From: Microcoleus sp.
GTDB lineage: Bacteria; Cyanobacteriota; Cyanobacteriia; Cyanobacteriales; Microcoleaceae
DNA: 64,000 nt
Assembly: GCA_052279835.1 (NCBI GenBank)
Contig: CP181291.1
Span: 4,736,001-4,800,000 of the forward strand
Reading direction: 5' to 3'
Made by a program: the position numbers and the translations under genes. Of this stretch, positions 55,294 through 64,000 are shown piece after piece (the stretch's first letter is position 1; every line of letters starts with the position of its first letter). Below the pieces are notes generated by a model. It was not told the origin of the DNA. It was given only the letters and a program-made list of their open reading frames with translations, and did not search any database.

Positions 55294-55755
55294 ATGGACT
55301 TAGTGACGCAGGAAAAAATCGTAAGACTACTTTGGGGTCGCTGTCCTCATGACGAGCCTTTAAAGTTTTTTTGGGAATACCAAAGAGAAATTTCAGGGAA
55401 ACGCCCAACCTTCTTAAAGGTGGCTATGCAATATGCTAACAAAAGCCTTATAGCAAGGCTCAACGACAAGCGGAGCCTAGACAAATCTTTTAGGCTCATA
55501 GTCAGTAGAGTTGGGATTATCCTGCCTGATGCCTTTAGACCAGGGTTTTGTTCTATCAAGGATTTTTTCAGTGACAACCCCGATACGTTCTCAATCTCGG
55601 TCAGAAGTTTAGTTGAGTTTCGGAGTTTTATCGAGAGTCTAGAATCTTCTCAATCTGAACCTTACGAGAGTCCTCCCAAAGGCTTTATCCCACTTCCCGA
55701 CGCCGAAATAGGTGGCTGTGCTCGCAACGACAGCTTAATCGCACCCGCAATCTAA
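55294..55755 (+). CDS. Hypothetical protein
   Basis: 153-aa ORF in the co-oriented run. Confidence 0.65.
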   Translation: MDLVTQEKIVRLLWGRCPHDEPLKFFWEYQREISGKRPTFLKVAMQYANKSLIARLNDKRSLDKSFRLIVSRVGIILPDAFRPGFCSIKDFFSDNPDTFSISVRSLVEFRSFIESLESSQSEPYESPPKGFIPLPDAEIGGCARNDSLIAPAI

Positions 55756-55885
55756 CTTTGCCGGGGCGGTTCCACCTATTCGCTCAAATTTTCAAAAAAG
55801 TAAACACCAAAAAACCGCTGCTCTCTAATTGGAACCTAGCTTGCAACGGCTTTTGGATTCATTCATACCACGAGTGGTAATTACC

Positions 55886-58800
55886 ATGAATAATAACTCA
55901 CTGAACGGTCAAACAGCAAGTACCGCCGGACTAATTTGTGCAACCAAGACTAATCCATGCCCCCACTGCGGTAAACCAGACTGGTGCTACTCCATAGGCG
56001 ATTTATCGGTATGTAACCGCGACCAACCGCCCGCTACTGGTTGGGAGACAACAAGCAAGAAAGACAAAGAGGGCCACTACTTTTACGCCCGTCCTCAAGA
56101 AAAGAAGGCAATTCGGCCACGACAAACTCGCAACTGGATTTACTTCGATCGAGCCGGTAATCCACTTGTGCGTGTTGTACGGTTTGACGATGGAGAAGGG
56201 GGTAAACCTAAGTGGCATCAAGAAAGTTGGGGTAAGTGCAAAGCTTCCAGGCAGATTGGTTGGGTAGTCGGAGTCGAAGGTATTACCCGCGAGAATATCC
56301 CGATTTACCGTTACGCCGATGTCAAAAAGGCGATCGCAAATAATGAACTAATTTTCATTGTTGAGGGCGAAGGTTGTGCTGACATTTTGTGGGATTTAGG
56401 TTTGGCTGCTACCTGCAACATTGGTGGCTCCAAGAAGTGGCGAAGCTCTGACACAAGCGATTTAGAGGGTGCAAAAATTGTTATCTGTCCCGATCGGGAT
56501 GAACCAGGTATTGAACACGCCAATTTATTGCACCAAGAATTTCCCGATGCTCTCTGGCTCTACGCCTATCCAGATTCACCAGTCTGGAACAACCTGCCAA
56601 AAAGTCAGGGACTGGACATAAAGGACTGGATGGATAGCTGCAAAGTTACACGGACTGAAATTTTGGCTGCGGTTGGAGAGAAGAAGGAGACTCAGCAAAT
56701 ACTAAAGGTTGACCGACAGCTAAAACCCAAAGCCCTTGATTTCTCGGTTTTGAGTTCTGAAATTGACCAACTATTAGCCAAAGACTTGAGACCGTCAGAA
56801 CTCAGAATCAAGCTTGCAGAATTGAGTCAAGAGTATCGCCTCAGTCCGCAAGAAGTTCTCAAGATTTACCAAGAGAAGCAGCACGAACAAGAACAAGAAC
56901 AAGAACAAGAAGATACGGCAACAGAAGTTGCACGCTTAATCGCATCCAAGTCTGCGAGTCTAAATCTCTCCGAGATATTGCCAGAGACCTTAGCAGAACC
57001 GATCGAGCGTTTGGCAAAAATGCTAAATCTCAGACCAGAGTGCTACCTATTGGCGCTACTAACTCAGTGTGGGAGTTTGCTCAAGGCCGACACTAGCACG
57101 ATGCTACACTCCCCAACCAACTACCGAGTCAGACCTAACTACTTTGGGGCGATAGTAGCTGAGAGCTCTCAAAAAAAGACTCCGATTCTACGGGCTATCA
57201 TCAGCGACCCAATGGAAAAATTACTCGACAAAGCTAGGAGTGATTTTGAAGGCGCTGAGGCGGTTTACGAAATCGAAATGGCTAACTGGAAAGCAAGTAA
57301 GGATGACGATAAAGGGCCCGCACCAAAGCCACCCGTCCGCAAGGTCTACTATTTCACAAAACCAACAGGGGAAGGCATAGCAGCGCAAGCTGGCAGGCTC
57401 CCAGAACAAGGGATGCTGTATTTATGTGACGAACTCGCAAGCTTATTTAAGTCGGCTAATCAGTACCGGGGGGGGAAAGGTTCAGACGAAGAAGATATGC
57501 TCGAATACTGGAGTGGGGGAGGCGCTGTAGTCCTACGAGCGGGTGGCATCACAGTTGACGTCAAGAATGTGTCGCTATCAATTTTCGGCAATATTCAGCC
57601 GAAAGTATTGGCGGGATTTGTTGGTGATGGTGATGACAATAACGGTAAGTTTGCCCGATTTGATTTTGTACAGCAACCTTTGGCGGCAACCAAGCTTTCA
57701 GGAAATTCACTGAAGATTGACCTAACTCCGATGCTAACGGCACTCTACCAGAGGCTAGATGCTCTGCCCCTGAACCGATTTGAACTAGATGATGCTGCTC
57801 ATGATTTATTCACTTCCTTCTATGACATCTGTGACGAACAAAGAGAGCGGCATCCAAAACAAGGAATGAGGGCGATGTTAGGCAAAGCCGCTGAGAAAGT
57901 TGGAAAGCTGGCAACCATCCTGCATTGTATTCACGCTGCACATCATGGCGGTGAGATTTCGCAATACATCTCTACTGAGAGTGTTCGAGCTGCTATCAAG
58001 TTCACGCAATACACGACAGAGCAAGCTTTGAACATAAATCTAGAGGTAGCTGAGTCGTCCGCGCTTGCTCCAAATTTGGTCAAGATTCTTTCGCTGGCAG
58101 AGCGCAAAGGGGGGACAGTTTCGGCTCGCGACGTAAGTCTAGCTTTTGACTCAAAGCACCGACCAAAGAATCAGCAAATTCGAGAATGGTTTGGGGAATT
58201 AGCATCTATGAAGTATGGGGAGGTTACATCTAAAGGTCAAAGTATCTTATTTACTACCTCTACCTTATCCACAGTATCCACATTAAGCCACAAGTCTTAT
58301 GTAGAAAAGGTTACAGGTGTAGATAACCCCTATCCACAGGTATCCACAGTATCCACAGTTTTAACCGATTTAGACAAGCAAAGTGTGGATAAGTGTGGAT
58401 ACAGTGTGGATAACCCTATCCACACCTTTAAACCCTTAACCAATAAAGCTTTAGAGGTTAGTGTGGATAGTGTGGATACAAAAACACCACCTTCAGAAAA
58501 TTCACAACCCCTAATGCAGAGCTGTACTACACAAAAAGCTGTTACTAAGCCAGAGCTAAAGGAAGGCGATCATGTTGTTGTCGCTCGTAGCGATAATTCC
58601 ATATATAGCCTTTCTCAGATAGATGAGGTGCAATAACAGCAGTGAGTAAACCAATTCCACAGGTCTTGCTCATCAATTTGCTCAAATGCGCTTACTATCG
58701 CCGAGTCTAATGCTTGATAGGTTCTCGCACCAAAAGTACGGAGAAGATACTTCAGCTTTGACCATACATTTTCAATTGGCGAAAAGTCGGGAGAATACGG

Positions 58801-59993
58801 GGGTAAAAATATTAACTTTGCTCCCGCTTTCTTAATGGCTTTTTCTATTTCTTCCCCTTTGTGAATACTATAGTTGTCCATCAATACACAAGCACCTTTC
58901 CAGAGTTTTGGCACAAGTTTTCTGATGATAAAAGCCTCAAAAGTAATCCCATCTATTGAGCCTAATAAATTCACTGATGTCAGCAGTTGTTTGACAGATA
59001 TTGCTCCCAATATCGAGACATTTTTGCCACGTCTATTTGGTTTAGGCCCAAGGGCTCTTGAGCCTTTTAACGACCGGGCATATAATCTAACCATAGCTAG
59101 ATTAACCCCCGACTCATCAATAAATATTAAATTATTCATATTCAGATTTCGGATTTGCTGCCAGAACTCATATCGAAGGTTTTGAACTCTGTCACTGCCT
59201 TTAGCTGAGGGGAAGAGAGTTTTTTTTTGTAAGTTATGTTCAACCGTTGTGCCATTCTTCCCATTGTAGCCCTACTGATATTTACGCCGATTTTTTGCTC
59301 GAGTAAATGACAGAGTTCTTCGAGGGTGGCATCGTTATTTTTTTCAATTAATTCCGCTAAAATAACCAGTTGTTCAGGTTTGAGTTTAAGTAGGCCCCCG
59401 CATCGATGAGTTTGAGGGGCAATACTTTGGGTTTGGCGATACTGTTTAAGCAATTTTTGAACGAAGCTAGTCGCCACACAAAACCGCTTGGCTATTTGTC
59501 TTTGTGAGATGGGCTCACTATGGTAAACATTAATTATTTTTTGTCGAAAGTCAATAGAATAAGATTTCATTTTTAGTAAGGTGTGATGCTTTTTACAATC
59601 AGGGAATAGCTGTGACCCGATCGACTGCTTTTGGCGATCGACTGCTTTTGGCGATCGACTGCTTTTGGCGATCGACTGCTTTTGGCGATCGACTGCTTTT
59701 GGCGATCGACTGCTGTGACCCGATCGACTGCTGTGACCCGATCGGGGCTTCAATCACAAGATTGAATTAGAGCTGTGCGATCTTTTTGAACTAAATATTT
59801 TCCACTCTGTTCTTGTCAGTTACATTGTATCTCATCTACCTGAGAAAGGCTATACCTAGGTCAACAGGGTCGTATTGCAGAGGTATGGTGGCTACGGGGT
59901 GGTAAGCAAGCTTTTACCATCCTGTTTGACAAGTTGGTTCATGGAATGCAGCGGGTGCAATTCCCCGCAGAGGACATTATGAAAATCTCATAA
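55886..59993 (+). CDS. Zn-finger/TOPRIM primase-DUF3987 replication protein, C-terminus cut by IS630
   Basis: CPHCGKPDWC, IVEGE..AD, PDRDEPG, AESSQKKT, CDEL and GNIQP..ARF. Removing the IS restores ..DNSIYLGQQGRIAEV..IMKIS* (stop at 59991-59993). Confidence 0.88.
58265..58479. repeat. Cluster of 11 TATCCACA/TGTGGATA motifs (putative origin iterons)
   Basis: Forward copies at 58266, 58275, 58331, 58341, 58350, 58417; reverse copies at 58384, 58394, 58405, 58462, 58471. Confidence 0.8.
58606..59852 (-). mobile_element. IS630-family insertion sequence, copy 2 (two-ORF transposase)
   Basis: Same TIRs, TA duplication at 58604-58605 and 59853-59854, A9 run splits the ORF, leader array order ABBBBBAA. 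Confidence 0.95.
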
Positions 59994-60180
59994 ATGTTGC
60001 CTGACAACTAACGGCTAAAATCTTATCCCCCCACCTTGGGGGGATTTTCTGTGTCTTCACTACAAGGGGTGATAGTTACATAATAAATTTATGTAACTAA
60101 TTTATGTAACTCGTTGACAGTTACCTACAGGTTGCATGTAGTAGTTACAGAGACGTGTAAGTAACTTATAGGTAACTATC

Positions 60181-61022
60181 GTGACCAAACAATCCATCCC
60201 ATCAATATCAAGCGGACTGGTAGAACTAGAATCTGACGCTGTATTCGAGCTAGATTCTTCCAAGGGTAATAACTGGTTAGAATCCGTAACCTCGTTCAGA
60301 TTTATTCCTACTGACTCAAATAAGCCCTACACAGCACGTAAGGAATCGGGTAAAGGTGGTGATTACTGGTACGGTTACAGAAAAGAGGCGGGGAAGTTAC
60401 ATAAGCGTTACATAGGAAAGACCGCAGACTTAACCACTGCAAAGCTCGAAGAGATTGCACAAAACCTAAACACTCCCCCTGTGCCGCGTCACTCAGGGAA
60501 AGTTACAGACGTAGTTACAGACAGAGTTACAGGGAAAGTTACAGATACACGGATATCGACACTTGAAGAACAAATAAAAGCCTTGCAAGAATCTGTAAAA
60601 GCTTTACAGGATGTACTGCCGGGAAAATTGAGGGCTTGAGTGATTCCCCTGAGTTACTCAAGCCTGGTACAGAGGTTACAGATAGTCAGTTACAGATTAA
60701 CATATGTAACTTAGAGGCTGAGAATGAGACTTTGAAAACTGATTATGCTGCGCTGCTGGAATCGGGCACTGTAGTTACCAATAAGCTCAGGGAGGAAGTG
60801 CGGGAATTGCGATCGCAACTTGAGACAGAACGCGCCGATCGGGAAGAAGTTGAAGCGGAACTCTCCGACCTGAGACAAAAATCAGTCACTGCCAGCCAAG
60901 AATTTCCAGAGCCGGCTGACTTGTTCAATCAGTTGAAAGGGCGGCGTAAAAAGTCCAGAACAGACTTGGCAGACATTGAGGTGATTCTAGGGTTGCTTAA
61001 TCAAGCTGGCAGTTCGTTGTGA
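60181..61022 (+). CDS. Putative DNA-binding/coiled-coil protein encoded by two ORFs (60181-60639 and 60636-61022), probably joined by a -1 frameshift
   Basis: YTARKE..G.DYWYGYRK..GKLHKRYIGK domain followed by coiled coil; in-frame G GGA AAA plus a downstream hairpin at the junction. Confidence 0.72.
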
Positions 61023-61087
61023 GGAAACTATTACTTACTACTGACAGCGAGGTATTTTGTGGGGAAGGGCTGGATGATGGTCAAAAT

Positions 61088-61173
61088 TTGATACTCACTT
61101 GATACTCAGTTGATACTCAGTTTGGTCATTTTCTCGTCAAAATGTAGTCAGTTGATACTCAGTTGATACTCAG
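61088..61173. promoter_or_regulatory. Putative integrase arm-type sites
   Basis: Five TTGATACTCA(G/C) copies here and two matching copies at 51339-51359 by the other att. Confidence 0.75.
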
Positions 61174-61204
61174 TTCGACCCATTACAAAGCCCAATTCCG
61201 AGCA

Positions 61205-61250
61205 AAAAAAAGCCTCAAACCGTTGATTTCTCGTTAGTTTGAGGCTTTTT
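61205..61250 (-). terminator. Hairpin terminator downstream of tRNA-Gly, supplied by the element
   Basis: AAAAAGCCTCAAAC...GTTTGAGGCTTTTT; homologous hairpins at ~46938-46979 and ~51174-51215. Confidence 0.75.
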
Positions 61251-61258
61251 GTTGTAAG

Positions 61259-61329
61259 AGCGGGCAGCGGGAATCGAACCCGCATAGTTAGCTTGGAAGG
61301 CTAAAGTTTTACCACTAAACTATGCCCGC
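61259..61329 (-). tRNA. tRNA-Gly(TCC)
   Basis: GCGGGCATAGTTTAGTGGTAAAACTTTAGCCTTCCAAGCTAACTATGCGGGTTCGATTCCCGCTGCCCGCT cloverleaf. Confidence 0.97.
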
Positions 61330-61389
61330 ACACAGTCTCTAACAATACCGTAAAGTTCTGGAAATAGCAAGAGATTTTGGAAAGTTTTT

Positions 61390-63618
61390 TTATAACCTCC
61401 CGAAAAGTGGCTTAATCGTCACTCTCACCCACAGTTCGGAGTAAACTGGCTTGCCGCCCGATCGCGCAGGCTGAAATTCCCAGTCTCGGAACAGTTGTCT
61501 GGCGATCGCCTCGAAATTAAGGCTTTTGCCGGACGATGACCCTTGATTGCTACTAGCTTTAACATTACCGATCGCAGCAAGTCTCCCTCGATCGTCAATT
61601 TGCAAAAACACGTCCAAGCTTACAACCGACGAACCAATCTGCAAAACATCGATCTGTTTCTGATTTTGCCTCGGTCTGGCTAGTTGGTCGGGGATGTCCC
61701 TATTGCCGCCGCGGATACTGTTTAAATCTAAAGTAGCGATCGCACCAGAACTTTCTGGTGGCTGAGGAACCCTGACTGGCGATCGCCGAGGATTTGGCAG
61801 TGGAGATCTGGGATATGGTAATGGTTGCCGAATCGGGGCTGGAGAGGCGATCGGTCTGGGATATGGTAATGGTTCCCGAATCGGGCTCGGAGAGGCGATC
61901 GGTCTGGGATATGGTAATGGTTCCCGAATCGGGTTCGGAGAGGCGATCGGTCTGGGATATGGTAATGGTTGCTGAATCGGGCTCGGAGAGGCGATCGGTC
62001 TGGGATATGGTAATGGTTCCCGAATCGGGGCCGGAGAGGCGATCGGTCTGGGATATGGTAATGGTTCCCGAATCGGGGCCGGAGAAATTGGTGGTTTCTC
62101 AATGGGTTGTGAATTAGATTCGGGAGAAATTGGTGGTTTCTCAATGGGTTGTGAATTTGGTTCGGGAGAAATTGGTGGTTTCTCAATGGGTTGTGAATTT
62201 GGTTCGGGAGAAATTGGTGGTTTCTCAATGGGTTGTGAATTAGATTCGGGAGAAATTGGTGGTTTTTCAATGGGTTGTGAATTAGATTCGGGAGAAATTG
62301 GTGGTTTCTCAATGGGTTGTGAATTAGATTCGGGAGAAATTGGTGGTGCGGCTATTTGCCGTGGCTGAACAATAGCAATAGGCTCTTGAGAAACTATGGA
62401 TTCGGGTGGTGTCGATCGCTCCTGAACAACAGGAGCGCGATCAACTATTGATGTTGGTATTTGATCCTGTACACTTTTAGGATCGGTGATTGATTGGGGT
62501 TGGGGCTGCTGTTGAGTTACAGGATTTTGAGCAACTATTGATTGGGGTTGGGGCTGGGTTTCAATTAGAGGTTGTTGAACAGTGATTGATTGGGGTTGGG
62601 GCTGCTGTGGAGTTACAGTTTTTTTAGCAACTATGGATGTTTTTTTTGTCTGCTTGTCAATTGGTTTTGGAGCAATTGCTAATTGAGATGATGGAGGTAT
62701 AATTTTAATATTTTTGGCATTTTTTTTAATTTTGAAAACTTGAATAATTCTCTGATTTTTTTTAGGATAAAATCTGGATTTATTGGTTGAATAAGCTTCA
62801 ACTTTAGGTGAATTTACCCCCACAATTGATGGAGGTTTTGAATTAAATTTAATGGCAATCTTAGGCACTGGAACAATTGATGGAGGTTTTGACTGAACTT
62901 TAATTCCCGGTTTAGCCGCAGCAACAATTGATTGGGGTTGTGACTGGGGCTTCATTGTAGTTTTAGCCACAGCAACAATTGATTTGGGTTTAGATTGGGA
63001 TTTAATTTCTGGTTTAGCCACAACAGCAATTGATTTAGATTGAGACTTTGAAGCCACCACAGGCTTGAGCACAATTTGTGATTTATTTAAGGGTATTTTA
63101 ACGGAATACTGCCTAGGCACTGGCTGTTTTACCTGCTTATTTTTTAATTTTCTCACAGCAGTAAACGATGGGATTTTCTTTAAGGGTTTGGGAGTTTTTC
63201 TAATTTTTAAATTATTGCGTTTGGCTGGTGAAGTTAGGGTGATTTTGTCCTGATTTTTGGAAATATTTGCCGATTTTAAAGCAGTGGGTGTGGATTTGGT
63301 GATTTTTTTAGGTACATCATTAGCCACAAGTATGGACTTTTTTGCAACTATTTGTTTTGAAACTGGCGGCGAAGTTCGTACTTTATTTATATTGGCTGGC
63401 TTGGGTTCAGGAGATTTTTGAGATGGGGTAATTTCAATTAAATTGACAGCAGCCGATCGACTTTCTGGTACAATCTGAGAGCGAATTATGCTCAGGCGTA
63501 AGATCCAGAAAACCAGTCCATGTAAAAAAACAGACCCTAAAATCGCAACTATCCACAGCATTGGCGGATCGGATCGCTTTTGCTGATTAAAGGTTTTGGT
63601 AGAAGTTTGAGAATTCAT
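61390..63618 (-). CDS. TonB-like protein with a very long Lys/Pro-rich linker
   Basis: TM segment with SxxxH (GSVFLH), Pro-rich repeats, C-terminal W.F.PA..GGKPV. Confidence 0.7.
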   Translation of the reverse strand: MNSQTSTKTFNQQKRSDPPMLWIVAILGSVFLHGLVFWILRLSIIRSQIVPESRSAAVNLIEITPSQKSPEPKPANINKVRTSPPVSKQIVAKKSILVANDVPKKITKSTPTALKSANISKNQDKITLTSPAKRNNLKIRKTPKPLKKIPSFTAVRKLKNKQVKQPVPRQYSVKIPLNKSQIVLKPVVASKSQSKSIAVVAKPEIKSQSKPKSIVAVAKTTMKPQSQPQSIVAAAKPGIKVQSKPPSIVPVPKIAIKFNSKPPSIVGVNSPKVEAYSTNKSRFYPKKNQRIIQVFKIKKNAKNIKIIPPSSQLAIAPKPIDKQTKKTSIVAKKTVTPQQPQPQSITVQQPLIETQPQPQSIVAQNPVTQQQPQPQSITDPKSVQDQIPTSIVDRAPVVQERSTPPESIVSQEPIAIVQPRQIAAPPISPESNSQPIEKPPISPESNSQPIEKPPISPESNSQPIEKPPISPEPNSQPIEKPPISPEPNSQPIEKPPISPESNSQPIEKPPISPAPIREPLPYPRPIASPAPIREPLPYPRPIASPSPIQQPLPYPRPIASPNPIREPLPYPRPIASPSPIREPLPYPRPIASPAPIRQPLPYPRSPLPNPRRSPVRVPQPPESSGAIATLDLNSIRGGNRDIPDQLARPRQNQKQIDVLQIGSSVVSLDVFLQIDDRGRLAAIGNVKASSNQGSSSGKSLNFEAIARQLFRDWEFQPARSGGKPVYSELWVRVTIKPLFGRL
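61805..62347. repeat. Two adjacent in-frame 42-bp tandem arrays
   Basis: About 7 PIREPLPYPRPIAS-type units and about 6 PPISPESNSQPIEK units. Confidence 0.92.
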
Positions 63619-64000
63619 GGGTAAGACGCAGGAATTTAAAGCTATTTGTTGGTGATCGGTTCCTTTTTGCCCCATACGTTTGAGTTGCAGTTAAATCCGG
63701 ATGGGATTAGTGAAAATAGAATATCAAAAACCCCAACTTCTTCAATAAGTCGGGGCTCTAAGGGAATTTTATGGTTGTTGGGAAAATTTAGGGGTGAAAA
63801 TAATCGTAAATTTGTTGTGCTAGACGCGGGCCAATTCCAGGTACTTCCGTCAATTGTTCGGGTGTAGCTAAGCGCAGATAGTCGATGGACCGAAAATGCG
63901 CTAATAATTGTTTTTGTCGGTGGTGTCCCAAACCGGAAATTTCATCAAGTCGCGATCGCTTCATTCTCCCACTTCTTTGTTCTCTGTGAAAACTGACTGC

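Larger units (their letters stand above)
51225..61301. mobile_element. ~10 kb integrative element at tRNA-Gly (integrase plus primase; satellite or integrated-plasmid-like)
   Basis: Bounded by att direct repeats, integrase next to att, co-oriented genes, no capsid/terminase/relaxase recognised. Confidence 0.9.

Noticed and set aside
58265..58479. Chromosomal oriC
   Set aside because: Lies inside a mobile-element gene between att sites, with no dnaA/dnaN context
61728..62368. Repetitive ORFs in other frames
   Set aside because: By-products of the 42-bp arrays in the TonB-like gene

Overview
Chromosomal window from a filamentous cyanobacterium, probably Oscillatoriales/Microcoleaceae. This assignment is inferred from the abundant HIP1 (GCGATCGC), heptamer repeats, GTAG-type REP-like palindromes and gene content. 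From left to right the window holds: (1) toxin-antitoxin relics, two Uma2 genes (one split by an IS630 copy), era and osmoprotectant ABC genes; (2) an ~18 kb accessory island (8.4-26.8 kb) with a TerB-dynamin, a sigma-like/DUF1822/TPR-CHAT protease trio, an unannotated 38-aa ORF, an HTH-NB-ARC-TPR protein and a DGQHR(DndB-like)-led gene group; (3) a complete minus-strand rRNA operon with tRNA-Ile and tRNA-Ala; (4) a kinase/ferredoxin/V4R/phycobiliprotein-like cluster resembling Synechocystis slr0144-0152, plus a pseudo-caspase; (5) scpB, DUF760 and an HtrA protease; (6) a tRNA-Gly hotspot with a ~10 kb integrase-primase element and IS-riddled relics of related elements; (7) a Pro-rich TonB-like gene. 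The best novelty candidates are a possible protease-gated sigma regulon marked by a 34-bp motif shared by the small ORF and the DGQHR genes, and the integrative element with a canonical -1 frameshift signal and an intragenic DnaA-box-like iteron cluster. All family calls come from recognising motifs by eye. No database searches were run.
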